Part shown: piece by piece, positions 8,927 to 17,861 of the stretch
Layout: each line of letters begins with the position of its first letter
Position numbering within the stretch: the stretch's first letter is position 1
Origin: Candidatus Nitrosymbiomonas sp.
GTDB taxonomy: Bacteria > Sysuimicrobiota > Sysuimicrobiia > Sysuimicrobiales > Humicultoraceae
Assembly: GCA_020724185.1 (NCBI GenBank)
Contig: DYHL01000001.1
Span: 8,903-51,032 of the forward strand
Reading direction: 5' to 3'
Length of the DNA stretch: 42,130 nt
Program-made: the position numbers and the translations under genes
The notes under the pieces: model-generated
The model's database searches: none
The model's input: only the letters and a program-made list of their open reading frames with translations
Told to the model about the DNA's origin: nothing

Positions 8927-9586
8927 ATGCGAGCGACCTGGCTCAGTTCGTTCATAACCGATACGATCTACCTGGCCGTAGGAGCATGGTCCTCGCGGCT
9001 CGTGGGCTCGCCGCTGCAGCGGGCGATCGCCCGCAGCCGGTACGGCGCGCTGGCAGCCAGCTACGACGCCGATGTGATACCCCAGGAGGGCTATCTCGCG
9101 CCCATCGAAGCCGCCCTGGACCGGCTGTCGGCAGCCCCCACGGAGGCCCCAACGGATGTCCTAGACGTCAGCACTGGCACCGGGGCGGTGGTGGGCGTCC
9201 TGATGCGCAGGTTCCCTGGGTGCCGCGGCGCCGCGGTAGACCTCTCACCGGTGATGTTGGCCCGCGCTGCCCGGCATGCGCGCGAGGGCGATTGGTCCGT
9301 CCGGTTTGCCGCGGGCGACGCCGGGCGCCTTCCCTTCCGGGCAGGGAGCTTCGACCTGGTCACGGTCCAGAACGCCTTCCCGGTGCCGGCTGAACTGGTC
9401 CGGGTGGCGCGTCCAGGAGGATGGGTGGTTTTGAGCTACTCTGCAGGCGGATCGGTTCTGCCGTGGATCGTCCGCTCGCTGACCGGGCAGCTACGCGCGC
9501 TGGGCTGCCAGGAGGTGGAAACGCGCCAGGTCGGCTCGGGACGGTACTTCCTTGCGCGGCGCCCGGGCGGGACGGTTCATGTATGA
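8927..9586 (+). CDS. Class I SAM-dependent methyltransferase
   Basis: SAM-binding motif I VLDVSTGTGAVVG, then AAVDLSPVML and FDLVTVQNAF (Methyltransf_11-like). Confidence 0.8.
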   Translation: MRATWLSSFITDTIYLAVGAWSSRLVGSPLQRAIARSRYGALAASYDADVIPQEGYLAPIEAALDRLSAAPTEAPTDVLDVSTGTGAVVGVLMRRFPGCRGAAVDLSPVMLARAARHAREGDWSVRFAAGDAGRLPFRAGSFDLVTVQNAFPVPAELVRVARPGGWVVLSYSAGGSVLPWIVRSLTGQLRALGCQEVETRQVGSGRYFLARRPGGTVHV

Positions 9587-11157
9587 CCACGTCATGCGTC
9601 ATCGCCGCCTACAACGAGGAGCGCACGGTGGCCTGGGTCGTCGAGGCCGTGCGCCACACGGGCGAGGTGGCCGAGATCATCGTGGTCTCGGACGGATCCA
9701 CCGATGCGACCGCGGAGGAAGCGGCGGCGGCGGGCGCCGACGTCGTCATCCAGCTTCCCAGGAACCTGGGCAAGGGCGGAGCGATCCTCGCCGGCGCACG
9801 GCGTGCGTCAGGGGAGATCCTGCTCCTGCTCGACGCCGATTTGGAGAACCTCAAGCCCGAGGAGATCCGCGCGCTGGTTCATCCGGTGCAGGAGGGCCGC
9901 GCGGACATGGTGGTAGGTGTTCTGGCCGCGGACCTCGTCCAAACGGTGCTACCGTATCTCTCCGGCATCCGCGCCGTCCGGAGGATCGCGCTGCTCGACC
10001 GGCCCCACCTGGCCGGAACCCGGTTTGGGTTCGAGCGCGCGCTGACGGAACTGGCATGGCGGGAGCGGTGGAAGATCGAGAAACTGCCGTTCACCGGCGT
10101 AACCCACCTTCGAAAGGAAGAGAAGTACGGCCTGATCCGGGGATGGCACGGGAAGGTGCGCATGACGGTCGAGGTGCTGGGCCTGCGCCGGCGGCGACGC
10201 AACGGCGCCCCACGGCAGAGGACGCCCTTGCTGGCCCTGACCTGCCTGACCGTGGTGGCCGTGTACATTAGCATGGGTCTCTTCTCTGCGCCACGCGTGG
10301 TCGGCAGCGCGCTCGAGGTGCTCCCCGAGCCCGAGCAGTCCGACCGCGTGCTGGTCGTTGCCGCGCACGCCGACGACGAGCTGCTCGCAGCCGGCGGGTT
10401 GATCCAGCGGGCGCTGGCCGTGGACGCTGAGGTGTGGCTGGTCTTCGCCACAAACGGCGATGCCAACCGCCTGGCGGCGTCGCTGGGCGGCAAGCGGCTG
10501 CTGGCGCGTCCCGCCGATTTCATCGCCGAGGGCGAGGTGCGACAACAGGAGGCCCGCCGTGTGATGGGCCGGCTCGGGGTGCCGCACGGCAACGTCATCT
10601 TCCTCGGATATCCCGATCGCGGGTTGACGGCCCTGGCCAAGCACCGACGGGGGCAGGGGAAGCCCTATGTCTCGCCCTTCACGAAGGCATCTGCCTCCCC
10701 GTACCGGGATACGTTCCGCCCGCGCGCCGGGTATACGGGCACCGATCTGCTGAGCGATCTCAAGACGATCATCGGGCAGGTACGACCCACGGTGATCCTG
10801 ACACATCACGAGGCAGACAAGCACGGCGACCACCGAGCGCTCAACGGGTTCGTGCGAGAAGCGATCCGGTCGCTGAAGCGGAAAGGCGAACTGCGGCACC
10901 CGCGCTTCTACACGTTCCTGGTGCATGCCTGGGATTTCCCGCGACCGCTGCGGTACGCGCCCGACGCGGCCCTGCTGCCCCCGAAATCACTCCGGGACGG
11001 CTATCGTTGGCTGCGGCTTGACCTCCAGCCCGAGGAGCTTGCCCTCAAGCACGCCGCGCTGCGCGACTATCGCAGCCAGCTGGACAGTCCGTACCTGCGC
11101 CTGCTGTTGAGCAGCTTCCTGCGCCAGAACGAGCTCTTCGCCGAAACAGAACCCTGA
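9583..11157 (+). CDS. Bifunctional fusion: family-2 glycosyltransferase (N-terminal) - transmembrane segment - PIG-L/LmbE-family N-acetylglucosaminyl deacetylase (C-terminal)
   Basis: ATG 9583 overlaps the methyltransferase stop (ATGA). GT2 motifs CVIAAYNEE, VVSDGSTD and the DXD motif LLLDADL. Hydrophobic segment LLALTCLTVVAVYISMGLF (about nt 10225-10290). PIG-L motifs VVAAHADDE (AHPDDE-like) and HEADKHGDH (HxDH). Confidence 0.8.
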   Translation: MTTSCVIAAYNEERTVAWVVEAVRHTGEVAEIIVVSDGSTDATAEEAAAAGADVVIQLPRNLGKGGAILAGARRASGEILLLLDADLENLKPEEIRALVHPVQEGRADMVVGVLAADLVQTVLPYLSGIRAVRRIALLDRPHLAGTRFGFERALTELAWRERWKIEKLPFTGVTHLRKEEKYGLIRGWHGKVRMTVEVLGLRRRRRNGAPRQRTPLLALTCLTVVAVYISMGLFSAPRVVGSALEVLPEPEQSDRVLVVAAHADDELLAAGGLIQRALAVDAEVWLVFATNGDANRLAASLGGKRLLARPADFIAEGEVRQQEARRVMGRLGVPHGNVIFLGYPDRGLTALAKHRRGQGKPYVSPFTKASASPYRDTFRPRAGYTGTDLLSDLKTIIGQVRPTVILTHHEADKHGDHRALNGFVREAIRSLKRKGELRHPRFYTFLVHAWDFPRPLRYAPDAALLPPKSLRDGYRWLRLDLQPEELALKHAALRDYRSQLDSPYLRLLLSSFLRQNELFAETEP

Positions 11158-11166
11158 CCCGGCGTC

Positions 11167-12057
11167 GTGGTGCCCCCAATCCTCCGTGGATGCCTCCAGG
11201 TGGCCGCAGCGGCCGTGCTGTGGGGAACGCTGGGCGTGGGGGTCCGCAGCCTGCTTGCCTCGGGCTTGAGCCCGCTGCAGGCCGCTGCCTGGCGGGCCAG
11301 CGGCGCGTTTGCCGTATTGCTGCTCTACTGCCTGCTTGTGAACCGCCCGGCGCTGCGGGTACGGCGCAGGGATCTCCCGCTCCTGGCCGCCTTCGGCGCG
11401 GTCAGCGTGGCCGGGTTCATGACCGTCTACTTCATGGCAATTGATCTCACCACCGTGGCGACCGCGGCGGTGCTGATGTACACCGCGCCGGCGTGGGTCG
11501 TGATCCTGGCTCGCGCGTTCTACGGCGAGGCGATGACGCCGATGAAGACCGCGGCAGTGGGGTTCACCTTCGCGGGCTGCGCGTTGGTCGTGGGGGCGTT
11601 CGGGCCCGGGGCCCTGCGCCTCTCCACTCCAGGGCTGATGGCCGGCCTGGGGGCAGGGCTTACCTACGCGCTATACAGCATCTTCGGCAAAGCCGCGCTG
11701 CGCCGGCACTCGCCGCTGACGACCGTGGTCTTCACCCTGGGGTTCGGGGCGGTCTTCCTGATAGCCGCATCCGGCGGGCTGCCCGTGGTGCGCACCGCCA
11801 TCCTCCCCGTGCTCGCATACGTGGTCGCGGCCCCAACTTGCGCCGCCTACCTCTTGTACATCGCCGGACTGCGCCAGATAGAGGCCGGCCGCGCCAGCGT
11901 TGTAGCCACCCTGGAACCGGTTGTGGCTGCGCTGGCCGGCACGCTGCTTCTGCGCGAGCCCATGGCCGCCGCTCAATGGGCAGGCGCGGCGCTCGTGGTG
12001 GGAGGCGTGGTCCTGGTGCAGGGCGAGCACATACTGTTGAAGTCGGGAAGGCGCTAG
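11167..12057 (+). CDS. EamA/DMT-superfamily transporter
   Basis: 296-aa polytopic protein with two EamA-like halves. GTG start lies 9 nt after the upstream TGA. Confidence 0.8.
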   Translation: MVPPILRGCLQVAAAAVLWGTLGVGVRSLLASGLSPLQAAAWRASGAFAVLLLYCLLVNRPALRVRRRDLPLLAAFGAVSVAGFMTVYFMAIDLTTVATAAVLMYTAPAWVVILARAFYGEAMTPMKTAAVGFTFAGCALVVGAFGPGALRLSTPGLMAGLGAGLTYALYSIFGKAALRRHSPLTTVVFTLGFGAVFLIAASGGLPVVRTAILPVLAYVVAAPTCAAYLLYIAGLRQIEAGRASVVATLEPVVAALAGTLLLREPMAAAQWAGAALVVGGVVLVQGEHILLKSGRR

Positions 12058-13253
12058 CGCTTCCGGATCCTCAGGGCCGCCACGGCGATAGCGGTCCCGG
12101 CGGTCATCACGACCGCGCTGGCAACGAACGGCGCCCGCGGTCCCACCGCGTCCCACAGGATGCCGCCCAGCAGCGGGCCCAGGACTAGACCCAGGCCCTG
12201 CGCGGTCTCCGATGCGCCCATGGCCAATCCGAGCCTGCCCGGTGGAGCCATCTCGCTTACGAGGGCCAGCCACGCCGGCGCCGATAGCGCGTAGCTGGAG
12301 CCCAGCAGCATGCCGGCTACCACCATCTCGGCGAGACGGCCGCTGAACGACATCAGCCACATCCCCAGCGCCCCCAGGATCATCCCCACGGCGACGAGGC
12401 GGCGCTTGCCGATGCGGTCGGCCAGCCGGCCGGCCGGGACTGTGGCAATTGCCACCGCAAGCACGATCGCCATGAACAGCGCGCCGATGGCGTGCTCGCT
12501 GAGGCCCACCACCTGCTTGGCAAAGATGGCGGCGATGGGCACCAGCAGGCCCACCCCGAACATCTGCACGAACGCCACCAGGTAGAGCGCGAACAGAACC
12601 GGAGACATGCTGTAGCTGCCGATCAGGTTCGTCAGGCGCGGCGGGGATACCGTGGTGTGGTATCCGACGAAGGCAGCGGCATGTTCTGAGCCGTCCCTCC
12701 GGCCAGGGAAGAAGAGCGCCGCCACCAGCACCGCCAGAACCATCAGGCCGCTGGAAAGATAGAAGCCGGCCCGCACTTGACCTGTAAACCCGGCGACGAA
12801 CAGGCCCAGCGCAGGGCCCACGGCCAGACCTCCCAGAAAAGCCAGGTTGAGCATGCCCATTCCGGTGGCGCGGCGGCCCGGGGTGGTCGTGTCGGCCACC
12901 GCTGCCGCGGCCGCCGGCCACAGCGCCGCGGAGCCCAGGCCGTCCACCAAACGCAGCGGCACGAAAAGGACCGGCGTCCGTAGCACCGCCATGATCAGCG
13001 GCGCCAGGGCGCTGAGCACAAGGCCGGTGATCAGCACCGGCTTGCGGCCGATCCGGTCTGTCACGCCGCCCCAGGCGGTCTTGAAGAAGGTCTCCACCAG
13101 GGCAAAGGTGGCGATCACCACTCCCACGAGCTTTACGCTGGCCCCAAGCTGCCCGGTGAGGTAGAGCGGCAGCAGGGGTATCACCGTGGCGAACCCAAGT
13201 TGAGCCAGGCCGATGATGAAGGCGATGCGGCCCGGCGCGCGCTCGTCGTTCAC
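12054..13253 (-). CDS. MFS transporter
   Basis: I chose GTG at 13253 because it overlaps the gatD stop (GTGA); the longer ORF to 13427 would run far into gatD. Hydrophobic 12-TM-like protein with the MFS loop motif GGVTDRIGRKPVL. Confidence 0.8.
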   Translation of the reverse strand: MNDERAPGRIAFIIGLAQLGFATVIPLLPLYLTGQLGASVKLVGVVIATFALVETFFKTAWGGVTDRIGRKPVLITGLVLSALAPLIMAVLRTPVLFVPLRLVDGLGSAALWPAAAAAVADTTTPGRRATGMGMLNLAFLGGLAVGPALGLFVAGFTGQVRAGFYLSSGLMVLAVLVAALFFPGRRDGSEHAAAFVGYHTTVSPPRLTNLIGSYSMSPVLFALYLVAFVQMFGVGLLVPIAAIFAKQVVGLSEHAIGALFMAIVLAVAIATVPAGRLADRIGKRRLVAVGMILGALGMWLMSFSGRLAEMVVAGMLLGSSYALSAPAWLALVSEMAPPGRLGLAMGASETAQGLGLVLGPLLGGILWDAVGPRAPFVASAVVMTAGTAIAVAALRIRKR

Positions 13254-14035
13254 GCCGGCCGCTCCGGCGCCTGCGCGCGGGCTCCGGGCCAGGCGAGGCC
13301 TCGGGCGCCGGCCCGAATGGCTGCCGCGGTAGCGGCGCGGTGCTCCTCGAGGTCCGGCAGCGGCTCCAGCACTATGTCGCCGTACCGCCGGCGCAGCGCG
13401 GCCGCGGTCAGCTCGTCGGCCAGCCATGGGTTCTTGGGCAGCAGCGGGCCGTGCAGGTAGGTGCCGTAGACCGACTTCCAGACCGCGCCTTCTTTGCGGT
13501 CCGCTCCGTTGTTACCGGACCCGACGATCGCCGTTCCGATGGGACGCGCCTTGGGCCCGAGGTAGGTGCGCCCTCCGTGGTTCTCAAAGCCCACCAGGAT
13601 GCGGCCGGCGCCGGTCTCTTTGACCACGATGTTACCGATGATCCGGCGGCTCCCCGGCCCTGGGTGCACGGTGTGCAGGTCGAGCAACCCCAGCCCAATC
13701 AGGTCCGGGCCACCCGCGGGTCTGTAGTAGTGGCCCAGCAACTGGTAGCCGCCGCAGACCGCCAGGACCGCGGCGCCCGCCTGCGCGGCCTCGCGCAGCG
13801 CCGGCCCCTTGACGCCACAGAGATCCGGCGCGGCCAACCGCTGCTGGCGGTCCTCGCCGCCGCCTATGAAGAAGAGATCGCTGGCATCGGGATCCACCGG
13901 ATCGTCCAGGCGCGCCTCGATCACGCGCACCGCGATGCCGCGCCACTGCGCGCGCCTGGCCAGCGTGGTGACGTTGCCGCGATCTCCGTAGAGATTCAAC
14001 AGGTCCGGGTACAGGTGGCAGATGCGGAGTTCCAT
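13250..14035 (-). CDS. gatD: Lipid II isoglutaminyl synthase, glutamine amidotransferase subunit GatD (CobQ/CobB-type GATase)
   Basis: MELRICHLYPDLLNLYGDRGN, nucleophile context AVCGGYQLLG, and YLHGPLLPKNP. It lies 3 nt downstream of murT. Confidence 0.85.
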   Translation of the reverse strand: MELRICHLYPDLLNLYGDRGNVTTLARRAQWRGIAVRVIEARLDDPVDPDASDLFFIGGGEDRQQRLAAPDLCGVKGPALREAAQAGAAVLAVCGGYQLLGHYYRPAGGPDLIGLGLLDLHTVHPGPGSRRIIGNIVVKETGAGRILVGFENHGGRTYLGPKARPIGTAIVGSGNNGADRKEGAVWKSVYGTYLHGPLLPKNPWLADELTAAALRRRYGDIVLEPLPDLEEHRAATAAAIRAGARGLAWPGARAQAPERPA

Positions 14036-14038
14036 GTC

Positions 14039-15424
14039 CTACTCCTTCCAAAACCCGCGCACCGCTCCCCGGCGAGTAAGTGTCGCACGCAGGTGCAGCA
14101 TCGCCGTGTATGTGGGCAGAATGTAGAGGCGCTCGCCCTCTCGCAGCAGCCGGCGCGCGCGGTCAAGCGCCGTATCTCCCTCGTGCTCCACGCTGACCCG
14201 CTCCGCGCTCAGGCCCGCGTACTTGAGGCGCAGCGCCATGTCCTCGGCACGCAACCCGGTGACCACCACCGCGCGGGCGCTGTCGCGCAGCATCTCGAAG
14301 TCCACGTCCCACAGCCACGATATGTCCCGCCCGTCGGCGATCAGGTCGTTGATGGCAATGAGCACCACCGGGGAAGCCTCCGCCAGCAGGACGGTACGCA
14401 GCACCTCGTTGAACCCGGCAGGGTTCTTGGCAAGCAGCATGAGCGCCTCGCACCCGCCGAGGTCCACGCGCTCGCCCCGCCCAAACGCCGGCGCGGTGGC
14501 AGCTATACCGCTTGCCACGGTCGCCGGGGCGATGCCAAGGGCCAGTGCCGCGGCCGCGGCTGCCGTGACGTCGTAGACGTTGTAGAGCCCTGGCAGCACC
14601 GTGCTCACGGGAATCGCGCTGCCGTCCGCGACGAGCGTGGCGCTGGAGCCGTCCGCGCCGCGCAGGCGCACCTCGCGCGCGCACACCTGTGGCGTCGCCC
14701 GCGCCGCGCCACACCCCGGACAGCGGTAGTGTCCCATGTGCCCCAGGGTGACCAGGGTGTACTCGTAGGGGCGCCCGCAACGGTAGCAGTAGCGCGCGTC
14801 GGCTGCGTGCTCCAGGGCACGGCCCTCACCGTGCGGGGCCTCCTCGAGGCCGAACGCGCGAACCGGGCCCGCGTGGTCACGGCAGAGGTCGGCCACCATC
14901 GGGTCGTCGGCGTTGTAGACGAGGGTGCTCTCGGACGGCAGCGCGGCCAGCGCGCGCCGCCACCGTTCGGCGATCAGATCTATCTCGCCGTACCTGTCGA
15001 GTTGGTCACGGAAGAGGTTGAGCAGTACGACCACGCATGGCCGCGTTGCCTCGACCGCGGCAGGGAGGGTCGCCTCATCCACCTCAAAGAGCCCCACCTC
15101 GCCGCGCATCCGACCGCGCAGCGTCGCACCCCTGGCAAGCGCGGTAGCGATGCCCGAGAGCAGGTTGGCGCCGGCGCGGTTGTGCACAACCGCAAGCCCG
15201 GCGGCCTCCAGGATTCCAGCCAGAGACCGAGCAGTGGTCGTTTTTCCGTTGGTGCCCGAGATCAGCACCACACCGCGTGCCAGTCGCGACGAGAGGCCGG
15301 CAACCAGACCTGGCGATATCACCGTGGCGATCCGGCCGGGCAGCGTGGTCCCGCCCCCCATCCGCGTCAGGCGGCTCAGTGATGCGGCGAGTCGGGCGGC
15401 GGCGATTGCCGCGGCGTCACGCAT
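14039..15424 (-). CDS. murT: Lipid II isoglutaminyl synthase, Mur-ligase-family subunit MurT
   Basis: P-loop ISGTNGKTTT, Cys4 ribbon CYRCGRPYEY..YRCPGCG, and a C-terminal DUF1727-like region. Paired with gatD. Confidence 0.85.
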   Translation of the reverse strand: MRDAAAIAAARLAASLSRLTRMGGGTTLPGRIATVISPGLVAGLSSRLARGVVLISGTNGKTTTARSLAGILEAAGLAVVHNRAGANLLSGIATALARGATLRGRMRGEVGLFEVDEATLPAAVEATRPCVVVLLNLFRDQLDRYGEIDLIAERWRRALAALPSESTLVYNADDPMVADLCRDHAGPVRAFGLEEAPHGEGRALEHAADARYCYRCGRPYEYTLVTLGHMGHYRCPGCGAARATPQVCAREVRLRGADGSSATLVADGSAIPVSTVLPGLYNVYDVTAAAAAALALGIAPATVASGIAATAPAFGRGERVDLGGCEALMLLAKNPAGFNEVLRTVLLAEASPVVLIAINDLIADGRDISWLWDVDFEMLRDSARAVVVTGLRAEDMALRLKYAGLSAERVSVEHEGDTALDRARRLLREGERLYILPTYTAMLHLRATLTRRGAVRGFWKE

Positions 15425-15483
15425 GCGGCCCCAGGCCGGCGACGGCCCGATCGGTGCCGCTGGCCCCAGTTATGCTTCTGAGA

Positions 15484-16269
15484 CTAGAAGCGGCGGGCAC
15501 CCAGGTAGCGCGGGCCGTAGTAACGGTGCCCCATCGGCGTGATGGCGACGCCACCGGCTCCCGAGGAAGAATGGACGAACCGGCCATCGCCCAGGTAGAC
15601 GCCGGCATGTGACGGCCCAGGCCGCAGTGTCTGGAAGAAAACGATGTCACCGGTCTGAATCTGATCACGCGGCACCGGCACCCCGGCTTTGAACATCGAG
15701 AACGTGGTGCGCGGCAGCGCAACCCCGTTCCGTCCAAACACATAGTACAGGAACCCCGAGCAGTCGAAGCCCGAGGGGCTGATGCCTCCCCATCGGTACC
15801 GGACGCCCACGTGGCGAGTGGCGAGCGCGGGCAGCGCCGTGGCCCAGCGCTGCCCGCGCGATGGCAGCGCTGCCAGACGCGCAGGGCGCGCTGCGGTGGG
15901 GACCGCGGGCACCTTGAGCCGCTGCCCGATCTGAAGTGTGGCCTCGAGCGCGATGCCGTTCATCGCCGCCAGACGCTCGGCGGTCGTCAGGTGGCGCCTG
16001 GCCAGACCCCACAGCGTGTCGCCTGCCTGGACACGGTAGACCAAAACGGCGGGCGGCTGCACGGTGGCGCCCGGCTGGGCCCGACGCGCACCCTTCGCCG
16101 CTGCTGCCGGGGCGGCGGCGGTCACGATCACTATCATGGCGACGGCCGATATGGCCGCCCGGACACAGCGCACGCACGCCTCCCCCTGGGCAGTTGCGGC
16201 CCTCCCGATGAAGCCCTGCCTCTCTTCGCCTGGCAGGCGCGCCTTCCTCCCCGGGTCAGGCATGCGCAT
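15484..16269 (-). CDS. LysM-domain NlpC/P60 peptidoglycan endopeptidase, membrane-anchored or secreted
   Basis: LysM segment YRVQAGDTLWGLARRH..IGQRLKVP. NlpC/P60 core YRWGG..GFDCSGFLYYVF..HAGVYLGDGRFVHSS. ATG 16269 overlaps the htpX stop (TGATG); a second ATG lies at 16263. Confidence 0.85.
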   Translation of the reverse strand: MRMPDPGRKARLPGEERQGFIGRAATAQGEACVRCVRAAISAVAMIVIVTAAAPAAAAKGARRAQPGATVQPPAVLVYRVQAGDTLWGLARRHLTTAERLAAMNGIALEATLQIGQRLKVPAVPTAARPARLAALPSRGQRWATALPALATRHVGVRYRWGGISPSGFDCSGFLYYVFGRNGVALPRTTFSMFKAGVPVPRDQIQTGDIVFFQTLRPGPSHAGVYLGDGRFVHSSSGAGGVAITPMGHRYYGPRYLGARRF

Positions 16270-17153
16270 CACATCGCACGCAACCGCTGGACGCGGTCTT
16301 CGACCGGAGGATGCGTGTTGAACAGACCGTTGGCCCACCCGCCCCACTCGCGCAGCGGGTTGATGATGTAGAGGTGCGCGGTGGCCTTGTTGGCCGCCTC
16401 CAGGGGTTCAGGATCAGCGCTGATCTTCTCCAGCGCGCCGGCCAGGCCCTCGGGATAGCGCGTCAACATCGCGCCCGAGGCATCGGCCAGGTACTCGCGG
16501 CGGCGCGAGAGCGCCAGGCGCATCAACTGGGCAAGCAGCGGCGCGAGCACCGCCAGCACGATGCCCGCCAGGACGAGCGCTCCCTGGGCACTCCCGCCTC
16601 CCCGGCTGCCGCGGCGGCGGCCCCAGCGCATGCTGCGGAGCAGCCAGTCGCTCATTAATGCCACCATACCAACCAGGACCGCGGCGATCGTTGCCAGCCG
16701 GATGTCGTAGTTCTGGACGTGCGCCATCTCGTGCGCCAGCACGCCCTCCAGCTCGAGCCGGTCGAGCTTGTCGAGCAGGCCGGTGGTGACCACGATCACG
16801 GCGTGTTGGGGATCACGGCCCGTGGCGAAGGCGTTGGGCGCGGAGTCCTCGATCAGGTACAGTCGCGGGACAGGGACGCCCGCGGCGATGGCGAGGCCTT
16901 CGGTGGCGTTGTACAGGTACTGGTACAGTTCGCGCGGCGCCTCCCGGGCGCCGCTGATGGAGAGCACTATCCGGTCGCTGTAGTAGTAGCTGCCCCAGGC
17001 GCCCGCGACGGCCAGGACCGCTGCCACCGCGGCGCCCGCGTACCCAAACCCGGTCAGCTCCCCGAACAGGTATCCAAGCGCCACCACGACCAGGACAAAG
17101 CCCGCAAAGAGCAGCCAGGTCCGGCGGAGGTTCCCCTCTATGGCCTCGTACAT
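16269..17153 (-). CDS. htpX: M48-family zinc metalloprotease HtpX homologue
   Basis: HEMAH zinc motif (VLAHEMAHVQNYD), N-terminal TM helices, and a C-terminal NTHPPVEDR motif. Confidence 0.9.
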   Translation of the reverse strand: MYEAIEGNLRRTWLLFAGFVLVVVALGYLFGELTGFGYAGAAVAAVLAVAGAWGSYYYSDRIVLSISGAREAPRELYQYLYNATEGLAIAAGVPVPRLYLIEDSAPNAFATGRDPQHAVIVVTTGLLDKLDRLELEGVLAHEMAHVQNYDIRLATIAAVLVGMVALMSDWLLRSMRWGRRRGSRGGGSAQGALVLAGIVLAVLAPLLAQLMRLALSRRREYLADASGAMLTRYPEGLAGALEKISADPEPLEAANKATAHLYIINPLREWGGWANGLFNTHPPVEDRVQRLRAM

Positions 17154-17190
17154 TCTGGCCCTATCGCGGGCGCAGCCCGGCGCGCGCCGC

Positions 17191-17733
17191 CTAGAATGCC
17201 ACCTTGACCGGCTGGCGCGCCGCTTCCTCCATCTCGAAGTACTCGCGCGGACCGAAGCCCAACGGGCCGGCGAGGAGCACGGCGGGAAACGCCTGGCGGG
17301 TGTTGCTGTACCGCAGCACGGTGTCGTTGTAGAACTGGCGGGAGAAGGCGATCTTACTCTCCGTGCCGCTCAGCTCCTCTTGAAGCTGCATGAAGTTCTC
17401 GCTGGCGCGGAGCTGCGGGTAGTTCTCGGCGACCGCGAAGAGGCTGCGCAGGGCCTGGGTCAACATGTTCTCCGCCTGCCCCTGCTCCCCCACGTTTCCC
17501 GCGGCGATGGCCCGGGAACGCGCCTCGGTCACGCGCTCGAACACCTCGCGCTCGTGGGTCGCGTACCCTTTCACGGCCTCCACCAGGTTGGGGATCAGAT
17601 CGTAGCGCCGGCGGAGCTGCACGTCAATCTGAGACCAGGCGTTGTCAATCCGGTTGCGGAAGACCACCAGCCGGTTGTAGAGCAACACGACATACAGCGC
17701 GAGCAGTACCAGAATCCCGACGACGTATATCAC
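17191..17733 (-). CDS. lemA: LemA-family membrane protein
   Basis: 180 aa with an N-terminal TM segment, then the LemA pattern [35 protein letters not shown] start is preceded by GGAGGTG. Confidence 0.9.
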   Translation of the reverse strand: MIYVVGILVLLALYVVLLYNRLVVFRNRIDNAWSQIDVQLRRRYDLIPNLVEAVKGYATHEREVFERVTEARSRAIAAGNVGEQGQAENMLTQALRSLFAVAENYPQLRASENFMQLQEELSGTESKIAFSRQFYNDTVLRYSNTRQAFPAVLLAGPLGFGPREYFEMEEAARQPVKVAF

Positions 17734-17861
17734 GCGCCCACCTCCATGCCGGCCGCTGCGGGGCCGTTGTGCGAAAGGGCTTCGGCGCGCCGGCCCGAAT
17801 CCCCTATCGTGTGCCGCCCCCTGTCGGCGGCGGCCGACTGCTCACTATCAGGAGGGATCCC

